Positions 56,928-64,000 of a stretch of 64,000 nucleotides of DNA are shown in pieces. Position numbers and translations under genes: made by a program. Location of the stretch: positions 4,186-68,185 of the forward strand of contig CAYRJA010000003.1 in NCBI GenBank assembly GCA_964424455.1, in the 5' to 3' direction. The notes beneath the pieces were generated by a model that did no database searches, was not told the origin of the DNA, and worked only from the letters and a program-made list of their open reading frames with translations. Source of the DNA: an uncultured Bifidobacteriaceae bacterium (GTDB taxonomy: Bacteria > Bacteroidota > Bacteroidia > Chitinophagales > UBA10324). Position 1 is the stretch's first letter. Each line of letters opens with the position of its first letter.

Positions 56928-58232
56928 ATGCTTAATATTCCGTATTCAGAAAGTCCGCGCGTTGTGATAATCGGCGGTGGCTTTGGCGGAATTAATCTTG
57001 CCAAATCTCTTCGTAAAAAAAAATTTCAGGTCGTTCTGCTTGACAGAAACAATTACCATCTTTTTCAACCCTTGTTATATCAGGTGGCTACCGGCGGACT
57101 CGACCCCGGGAGTATCGCTTTCCCACTGAGAAAAATTCTATCGGGAGATCAGAATTCCTTTTTCAGAATCTGTGAAGTACAAAAAATTATTCCTGAAAAG
57201 AGTGAGGTTGAAACTTCTATCGGTTCACTTCACTACGATTACTTAGTAATAGCAACCGGAACTACTACCAATTATTTTGGGATGGATAGTTTTAAGAAAA
57301 ATTCCTTACCCATGAAATCTGTAACAGAGGCTCTTGACATACGCAGTTTTGTGTTACAGAATTTTGAAACGGCTCTTGACACTAAAGACAATAATGAAAA
57401 GGAAGCGCTAATCAATTTTGTAATCGTGGGCGGCGGACCCGCCGGAGTGGAACTTGCCGGAGCGCTTGGTGAAATGCGGCGTTTTGTTTTGCCGGATGAT
57501 TATCCTGAAATTGATTTCAGGAAGATGAGGGTTTATCTGTTTGAAGCCGGAGCAAGACTGTTGCCGGGTATGTCAGAAAAATCATCGGCTTTAGCTAAAA
57601 AGTATCTGGAGCAACTTAGTGTTACAGTTTTATTAAACAAACGGGTAGATGATTACGACGGCGCTAATGTGAAATTCACTCCAATGAATGACAAATCAGG
57701 GAAAGTACAGTCTATCGCAGTAAAAACCGTTTTGTGGACAGCCGGTGTGGAAGGCACGTTGATAAATGGCATTCCTGAAAATACTGTAACACGTGGTAAG
57801 CGAATAAAGGTGGACAGCTATAACAAAGTCATAGGCACAGAAAATATTTTTGCAATCGGCGATATTGCTGCAATGGAATCGAAGGAACTACCTAAAGGAC
57901 ATCCGCAACTTGCCCCTGTTGCCATTCAGCAGGGAAAAACTTTAGCAAGAAATCTTAGCTTGATAGTAGCGGGTAAAAGTAGCTCGCTTGTGCCTTTCAA
58001 ATATTTTGACAAAGGAATTATGGCAACTGTTGGTCGTAATCGTGCTGTTGCAGAAACATTAAGACTACAACTCGGCGGTTGGATTGCATGGCAGGCATGG
58101 CTGTGGGCACACTTATTATTCCTGATTGGTTTTAGGAATAAAATTGCCGTATTGTTAGACTGGATATGGAATTACATCACTTACGACAGAGCTATCCGGT
58201 TAATTATTCATCCGTTTAAAAGAGATAGCTGA
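56928..58232 (+). CDS. ndh: type II NADH:quinone oxidoreductase (NDH-2)
   Basis: 434 aa with two Rossmann motifs (VVIIGGGFGG and FVIVGGGPAGVE), and GDIAA. Confidence 0.9.
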   Translation: MLNIPYSESPRVVIIGGGFGGINLAKSLRKKKFQVVLLDRNNYHLFQPLLYQVATGGLDPGSIAFPLRKILSGDQNSFFRICEVQKIIPEKSEVETSIGSLHYDYLVIATGTTTNYFGMDSFKKNSLPMKSVTEALDIRSFVLQNFETALDTKDNNEKEALINFVIVGGGPAGVELAGALGEMRRFVLPDDYPEIDFRKMRVYLFEAGARLLPGMSEKSSALAKKYLEQLSVTVLLNKRVDDYDGANVKFTPMNDKSGKVQSIAVKTVLWTAGVEGTLINGIPENTVTRGKRIKVDSYNKVIGTENIFAIGDIAAMESKELPKGHPQLAPVAIQQGKTLARNLSLIVAGKSSSLVPFKYFDKGIMATVGRNRAVAETLRLQLGGWIAWQAWLWAHLLFLIGFRNKIAVLLDWIWNYITYDRAIRLIIHPFKRDS

Positions 58233-58732
58233 TGCACTCCGCCGACTATTGGATTGATAAGCTAAAATTACAATCGCATCCTGAAGGTGGTTATTTCTCT
58301 GAAGCTTACCGTGCGGAAGGTATAATTCCTTCATCTGTGTTGCCTGCCGGATTTAATGGTGAAAGAAATTTTTCCACTTCTATTTATTTCCTGTTACAGT
58401 ATAATCAGTTCTCCGCATTTCACCGGATTCGCTCGGATGAATTGTGGCATTTTTATTCAGGAGGTTCCTTAGATATTTCTGTCATTTATCCTTCAGGGAA
58501 ACTGGGGATTTTAAAATTAGGCAATCAACCAGAGCAGGGAGAATCTTTTCAAAGAGTAGTAAAAGCAGGGTGCTGGTTTGCATCGAGTCCGGCAAAGAAA
58601 AGCGCTTACTCACTCGTAGGATGTACCGTAGCACCGGGGTTTGATTTCCATGATTTTGAATTAGCAGAGCGAAAAAGTCTGATTCAACAGTTTCCGCAAC
58701 ACAAAGACCTTATTACACATCTTACACGATAA
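58232..58732 (+). CDS. cupin-fold protein (DUF985 family)
   Basis: 166 aa. L..HPEGGYFSEAYRA and the WHFY..G pattern. Its start overlaps the ndh stop. Confidence 0.75.
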   Translation: MHSADYWIDKLKLQSHPEGGYFSEAYRAEGIIPSSVLPAGFNGERNFSTSIYFLLQYNQFSAFHRIRSDELWHFYSGGSLDISVIYPSGKLGILKLGNQPEQGESFQRVVKAGCWFASSPAKKSAYSLVGCTVAPGFDFHDFELAERKSLIQQFPQHKDLITHLTR

Positions 58733-58753
58733 TCTGAATCTTATTTTTGCAAA

Positions 58754-59332
58754 ATGATAGTTATTGATAATACAATTATTTCAGAAGACCTGATTGACAA
58801 GCAGTTTGTTTGCAATTTATCTAAATGCAAAGGCGCTTGTTGTGTAGAAGGTGATTCCGGAGCGCCCTTAGAACAGGAAGAAACTGTAACACTTGAAAAT
58901 ATTTATGAAAAGGTAAAGCCATACATGGATAAGGAAGGAATTGAAACTATTGAAAAGTTTGGAAAATGGCTGGTGGATACCGATGGTGATTTTGTTACAC
59001 CGCTAAATGGAGGAAAAGGAAGATGTGCCTACTCATTTTTTGACAAGAATGGAATTGCCAAATGTGCAATTGAACAGGCGTATGCAGATGGAAAGATTAA
59101 TTACAAAAAACCTATCTCTTGTCATCTGTATCCTGTAAGAGTAAAAAAACATAAAGACTATGAAGCAGTGAACTATGATAAGTGGGATATATGCTCACCT
59201 GCCTGTACTCTGGGGAAAGAGTTAAATGTTCCCATATATCGTTTTGTAAAAGAAGCGCTCATCAGAAAGTACGGTGAAGCCTGGTACAAACAATTAGAAG
59301 GCGCTGTTGAATTTGCATCAGCAGGTAAGTAG
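58754..59332 (+). CDS. DUF3109-family Cys-rich protein
   Basis: 192 aa. CNLSKCKGACCVEGDSGAPLEQEE, typical of DUF3109. Confidence 0.7.
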   Translation: MIVIDNTIISEDLIDKQFVCNLSKCKGACCVEGDSGAPLEQEETVTLENIYEKVKPYMDKEGIETIEKFGKWLVDTDGDFVTPLNGGKGRCAYSFFDKNGIAKCAIEQAYADGKINYKKPISCHLYPVRVKKHKDYEAVNYDKWDICSPACTLGKELNVPIYRFVKEALIRKYGEAWYKQLEGAVEFASAGK

Positions 59333-59436
59333 CAGAATACTATAAAGATACATCTGAGTAACTGTATCTATTCCTATTTCTGTTTCTGTTTTATTCTGTA
59401 TAGCAGTAAAAAATAAAATTTACTTTCGCCTCATCC

Positions 59437-60429
59437 ATGAATGGTATTGATGAAATAAAAAAACCGATTGAACGCGAGCTGGATCTTTTTGAAACAAAGT
59501 TTCGCGAATCAATGAAAAGCAATACTCCATTGCTTGATGCCATCATGCGATATATTGTAAAACGGAAAGGTAAACAGATACGACCTATGTTTGTTTTTCT
59601 GTCTGCAAAGATCTGCCTTCCTGCTGGACAGGAAGAGAAAGAAATTTCTGAAACCACTTACCGCGGCGCTGCACTGATTGAACTGTTACACACGGCTACT
59701 CTCGTACACGACGATGTGGTGGATAACTCACTTGAGCGCAGAGGATTCTTTTCAGTTAATGCGCTATGGAAAAATAAAATTGCTGTGTTAGTCGGCGATT
59801 ATCTTCTGGCAAAAGGGTTATTACTTTCTATCAATAACAGTGATTTTGAAATGCTCAGGATAGTTTCGGATGCTGTGCGTGAAATGAGCGAGGGTGAACT
59901 GTTACAGATTGAAAAAACACGTCGGTTAGACATTAAGGAAGAGATTTATTTTGAAATCATCCGTCAGAAAACTGCTACGCTTATTTCTTCCGCCTGTGCA
60001 GTGGGCGCTTCATCATCAGGCGCTACAAAAGAAGTAACAGAAAAGATGAAGTTGTTTGGTGAAAAAATCGGAATTGCTTTTCAAATCAAAGACGATCTGA
60101 TGGATTTTGGCAGTGATGACATTGGCAAACCGCACGGAATAGACATACAGGAAAAAAAACTTACTCTTCCTCTTATTTATGCGTTGAATAATTCTTCAAG
60201 CAGCGAGAAAAGGAAAATGATAAACATTATTAAGAATCATAACAACGATTTTCAGAAAGTAAAAGAAGTGATTGCATTTGTTAACAAGAGTAGTGGAATT
60301 GAATACGCCAAAACAAAAATGACCGAATACAAACAAGATGCATTGAAAATACTGGATACTCTTCCTGTCAGCGATTCAAGAGATTCAATGGTTGAATTGG
60401 TAAATTTCACTACCGAACGAAAGAGATAA
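59437..60429 (+). CDS. polyprenyl diphosphate synthase (trans-isoprenyl, long-chain type)
   Basis: 330 aa. First DDxxD (LVHDDVVD) and second (KDDLMDF) aspartate-rich motifs. Confidence 0.9.
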   Translation: MNGIDEIKKPIERELDLFETKFRESMKSNTPLLDAIMRYIVKRKGKQIRPMFVFLSAKICLPAGQEEKEISETTYRGAALIELLHTATLVHDDVVDNSLERRGFFSVNALWKNKIAVLVGDYLLAKGLLLSINNSDFEMLRIVSDAVREMSEGELLQIEKTRRLDIKEEIYFEIIRQKTATLISSACAVGASSSGATKEVTEKMKLFGEKIGIAFQIKDDLMDFGSDDIGKPHGIDIQEKKLTLPLIYALNNSSSSEKRKMINIIKNHNNDFQKVKEVIAFVNKSSGIEYAKTKMTEYKQDALKILDTLPVSDSRDSMVELVNFTTERKR

Positions 60430-60540
60430 CCAACGCCTGAACATCGCTATTAATAATTTCTACTGTATTAATAACAACTTTTAGAGCGCCGTCTGTTACA
60501 GAAAAGGAATTATTTTTCTGATACTTGTGTCGTTATCACG

Positions 60541-61122
60541 ATGAACCATCTTGCACATATTTATTTAGCACGCTCATCTGACGAATGGATGGTAGGTGGA
60601 TTCATCGCTGATGCAATCAAAGGGAAGAAATATTTTCAATATCCTGAAGGAATTGCTGCCGGAATTCTTTTGCACCGGTTTATTGATGAATTTACGGATA
60701 CCCATGCTATAGTAAGAAAAAGCAAATCACTGCTAAGAGAGCAATTCGGGTTATTATCAGGATTAATTGTTGATGTTTACTATGATCATTTCTTAGCAAA
60801 AAACTGGAAAGAATATTCAGAGGTCCCCTTAGAAAAATTTACTGTCAACTGTTACAGTGTTTTTGAAGAACATTCTACTATCATGCCTGTACAGTATCAG
60901 AAAATGCTGCCTTATATGAAAAAGGATAACTGGCTTTTGAATTATGCCAACCTCTCCGGTATTCGTCAAGCATTTGAAGGAATGTCTAAACGAATAAAGA
61001 TTCCTAACAAACTTTATGAGGCTCCCGAAGCGTTGTTAGAAAACTATAATGAATTTGAAGAAGAGTTCAGAGAATTCTTTCCAAAGCTTTCAGCAGCAGT
61101 TGAAAAAAGAATTAATCAATAA
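60541..61122 (+). CDS. acpH: acyl carrier protein phosphodiesterase
   Basis: 193 aa. MNHLAHIYLA..GGFIADAIKG..LHRFIDEFTD pattern of AcpH. Confidence 0.8.
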   Translation: MNHLAHIYLARSSDEWMVGGFIADAIKGKKYFQYPEGIAAGILLHRFIDEFTDTHAIVRKSKSLLREQFGLLSGLIVDVYYDHFLAKNWKEYSEVPLEKFTVNCYSVFEEHSTIMPVQYQKMLPYMKKDNWLLNYANLSGIRQAFEGMSKRIKIPNKLYEAPEALLENYNEFEEEFREFFPKLSAAVEKRINQ

Positions 61123-61148
61123 AGTATCTAAGACAATATGCAGAGAAG

Positions 61149-62180
61149 TTAATTCTTCGGCTCGTTATATATCACTTGCAACAGTGTTTGTCCCACAGCC
61201 TTCATCGTATTTTTATCAATGACATTCATATTATCCTGCTGAGTGTGCCAGTGCGGAGCAAAGCCGGTCAAACTGCTTTTGTCTAACCATATTATATCAA
61301 CAGACGGTGTTCCATTTATCATATTTACATAACTGTGGTCGTCCACAATCGAAATAGCTTGCTCATTGACAAAATAATTTCCATAACCGAGTGCTGATGC
61401 CGTGTTCCATATTTTATTTACAACACTTGGTGCATACTGCATTGAAATTCCTTCCTTAGGGAACTGTGCCCCTTTGGCGCTGCTCATATCGAGAAGTATT
61501 CCATAATAAGCACGGTAGTTTGGTTTATGCGGATGCTTTGCCCAATATTGTGTGCCCAGTGCGTAAGTATCTTTCTCATTCCACTTGCTGCCTTCAAATG
61601 CAGGAGGTCCGTAATCTTCTACATCAACCAATAAAATGTCCACTCCTACGCTGCAATTTTGCTTACTGAGCTGCCGTGCTATTTCAATTAATGTGCCCAC
61701 ACTGCCGGCTGCATCATCAGCGCCATCAAATTTTTCTTTTGGATTTGTTGCATCATGGTCAGACCATGGACGGGTGTCCCAGTGAGCAAACAGTAACACT
61801 CTTTTCTGAACATTAGGATTAAATGAAGCAATAATATTTTTACATGGCACCATTTTACCGTTATAAATCTTCACTTGTACATCCTGTATTACAATATCCG
61901 GTGTGTAGTCTTTTAGTTTATCTGCCATCCATTTTGCACATACGGTTTGTTCTTTTGTTCCGGGAATCCGCGGACCAAAATCTATCTGTTTCTTTGTGAA
62001 TGCATACGCTGAATCTTCATTAAACTCAGGAACAGAAACTGTTACAACTTTCTGAGAAGATGTACTTACTGGAGGCGCCGGTCTGTTACAGTCACAGCCG
62101 GTGAGTATAAATATTAACCCGCAACCAATGGCTAACAGCCGGTTAATTTTAGAATAAAATAATGATCTGTTATTGAACAT
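61149..62180 (-). CDS. M28-family zinc peptidase / glutaminyl-cyclase-like lipoprotein
   Basis: 343 aa. Lipobox LTGCD. Metal-ligand motifs HWDT, DDAAGS, VDVEDYG. Confidence 0.8.
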   Translation of the reverse strand: MFNNRSLFYSKINRLLAIGCGLIFILTGCDCNRPAPPVSTSSQKVVTVSVPEFNEDSAYAFTKKQIDFGPRIPGTKEQTVCAKWMADKLKDYTPDIVIQDVQVKIYNGKMVPCKNIIASFNPNVQKRVLLFAHWDTRPWSDHDATNPKEKFDGADDAAGSVGTLIEIARQLSKQNCSVGVDILLVDVEDYGPPAFEGSKWNEKDTYALGTQYWAKHPHKPNYRAYYGILLDMSSAKGAQFPKEGISMQYAPSVVNKIWNTASALGYGNYFVNEQAISIVDDHSYVNMINGTPSVDIIWLDKSSLTGFAPHWHTQQDNMNVIDKNTMKAVGQTLLQVIYNEPKN

Positions 62181-62223
62181 TCAGGAATTTACTTCTTTAT
62201 GAAAATTATTTTAAAGCAGATAC

Positions 62224-63576
62224 TCAGTTTTTATACATAATCCATTTCCCCAACTCGCGAAGTGTTACTTTTTTCCCATACATTAATATTCCAACGCGGT
62301 AAATCTTTCCTGCTAACCAAACAGTGAATATAAATCCGGCAACTAAAATCAGCATGGAAGAAACTACTTGCCACATTGGTGGTTCAAATGGCAGTCGTCC
62401 ACACATAACTATCGGTGAAGTAAGCGGAAAAATAGAAGCGATAATAGAGAGCGTACTATTCGGCTGTTGTATGGTGTTTACCAGAATAATGAATGAAATA
62501 ATTATCGGAAGTGTGGCAATCAGGGAAAGCGCCTGTGCCTGCTCCTGCTCTTCACCCGCCGCAGAACCAACTGCAGCAAACAGTGAGGCATAAATCATGT
62601 AACCACCAAAGAAATAAAAAATGAATCCAAAGATGAGCAGACCGATGGGTAAATCATTCAGTTCACCAATTGCTTTGCCGAACGAATCCCATCCGCCCAT
62701 CTGCTGTTCAATCTGCTGCTGTGCCTGCTGTTGTCCTAAAGGTGATACCTGTTGCATAGGCATAACCTGCTTCTGTGCTTGCTCTAATTTACTGCTGTAA
62801 GTTATTTGCAATCCACCAAGAATAATTACAATTAAAATAATCCATGCTGCAAACTGAGTAAGCCCGACAAGTGCAATACCGATAATCTTTCCCATCATCA
62901 GTTGGAATGGTTTTACGGATGATACCATAATCTCTGCTATACGGTTTGCTTTTTCTTCCATTACGCCCCGCATAACCATTACTCCGTAAATCATAATTAT
63001 AAAATACAAGAAGAAGCCCATGATAGAGCCGATAGCCGTAGCCACTCCGGTATTGGCTCGTTTTTCTCCATCCACTCCCTGCACTGTAACACTAAGTTTT
63101 ACTCCTTCACTCAGTTGCTTAATCATTTCAGGAGATAAATCAGAATTGACTTTTGCTAATCGTTCACGTGTTACAATATCTGTCAGTTGACTTGAAATAG
63201 CAGATTGAATTCCGAATCCAATCTGTTCATCTGAAAAATATTCTACCGGCGCTGAATTATTGTACATATTGTAATCAGCAGGAATGTGAAGGATACCGGA
63301 AAGGTGTAGTCCCTTGTATGTTTTCTTCAATGAGTCAAACGGCACATTCATATACATAAAGGTGAGGTCGCCTTTATTTTCCAGCTTATCTTTAAAGATA
63401 CCTGAATCATCTGTTACAGCTATCACTTTTGACTCGGTAGAGGCTTTGTTAATCAGAATAGGTAACAGAAAAATAAGAGCAAAGCCAAGCGGCGTCAAAA
63501 AAGTAGTGATGATGAAAACCTTTTTTCTCACTCTTGTGATGTATTCCCTGCGAATGATAAGAAGAATCTTGTTCAT
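62224..63576 (-). CDS. ABC-2 type transporter permease (NatB-like)
   Basis: 450 aa. N-terminal TM helix, large extracytoplasmic loop, then five C-terminal TM helices. It lies directly downstream of an ABC ATPase gene. Confidence 0.8.
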   Translation of the reverse strand: MNKILLIIRREYITRVRKKVFIITTFLTPLGFALIFLLPILINKASTESKVIAVTDDSGIFKDKLENKGDLTFMYMNVPFDSLKKTYKGLHLSGILHIPADYNMYNNSAPVEYFSDEQIGFGIQSAISSQLTDIVTRERLAKVNSDLSPEMIKQLSEGVKLSVTVQGVDGEKRANTGVATAIGSIMGFFLYFIIMIYGVMVMRGVMEEKANRIAEIMVSSVKPFQLMMGKIIGIALVGLTQFAAWIILIVIILGGLQITYSSKLEQAQKQVMPMQQVSPLGQQQAQQQIEQQMGGWDSFGKAIGELNDLPIGLLIFGFIFYFFGGYMIYASLFAAVGSAAGEEQEQAQALSLIATLPIIISFIILVNTIQQPNSTLSIIASIFPLTSPIVMCGRLPFEPPMWQVVSSMLILVAGFIFTVWLAGKIYRVGILMYGKKVTLRELGKWIMYKN

Positions 63577-63677
63577 TAGAATATTATTGACTGACAGTTC
63601 TTTATTGAGTACCTTTTGTAAAAATTATTTATTGCTCCTATTTTATTCATGCTGCTGCTAAACAAATACCAAAATTG

Positions 63678-64000
63678 TTACTTAGTCACCTGACTTATAA
63701 ATATTTCATTAAGTGAAGGAAGAATTTCATTGTACCCAACTAAGTTGGTATTCTGATTTAATAATGAACGCAGTAAATCATTCGGCGTTCCGCTGTTGAT
63801 GCGAATTACCAATTCATGATCACGGCGAACTTCTATAGGGAAATTTTCATTTAATGTCGGTTCTGCTCCTTCATATTTTATGAGAAATTGGTTCTGCTTA
63901 AACTGTTGTTTGATGTCTTTCACTGCTCCGTTCAGAATTACTTTACCTGAATTGTAAAGTACAATATCTTCACAAATCTCTTCTACCTGTTCCATGCGGT
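63678..64000 (-). CDS. ABC transporter ATP-binding protein, C-terminal part only (gene continues past the window end)
   Basis: The ORF is open to the window edge. ..MEQVEEICEDIVLYNSGKVILNG.. is the region after Walker B and the H-loop, followed by a DUF4162-like C-terminal domain. Confidence 0.75.
   Translation of the reverse strand, partial: RMEQVEEICEDIVLYNSGKVILNGAVKDIKQQFKQNQFLIKYEGAEPTLNENFPIEVRRDHELVIRINSGTPNDLLRSLLNQNTNLVGYNEILPSLNEIFISQVTK

Overview
This is a 64-kb chromosomal segment from a Bacteroidota genome. The assignment rests on three things: T9SS C-terminal sorting domains of both type A and the gliding-motility type B, SprB and PKD repeat proteins, and TAnnTTTG -7 promoter boxes lying only a few nt upstream of start codons. 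There are about 55 CDS. Most are housekeeping genes (purD, recO, comM, rny, asnB, rsgA, dtd, thiL, rnhB, upp, mqo, truA, thiolase, ndh, polyprenyl synthase, acpH) or cell-envelope and secretion genes. I saw no rRNA, tRNA, CRISPR array, transposase or integrase. Five things stand out. (1) The quasi-palindromic heptamer TGTWACA occurs roughly 110-115 times by my by-eye count, about ten-fold above a rough composition-based expectation. It appears in several reading frames and in intergenic DNA. (2) A 5.9-kb segment between recO and an FNR-like gene (11,544-17,415) almost lacks that heptamer. It carries an AIPR abortive-infection gene, a decayed partner gene, a small EamA transporter and an extra chrA, all on one strand and separated by long, GC-richer, structured spacers that may be integron-cassette-like. 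(3) A cluster of degenerate palindromic repeat units lies at the right edge of that segment. (4) A HepT/MntA toxin-antitoxin pair is wedged between truA and a thiolase gene. (5) Three giant T9SS cargo genes and a PorZ-like gene are present. No completely novel multi-gene system can be demonstrated from sequence alone, so all functional ideas below are marked as inference.
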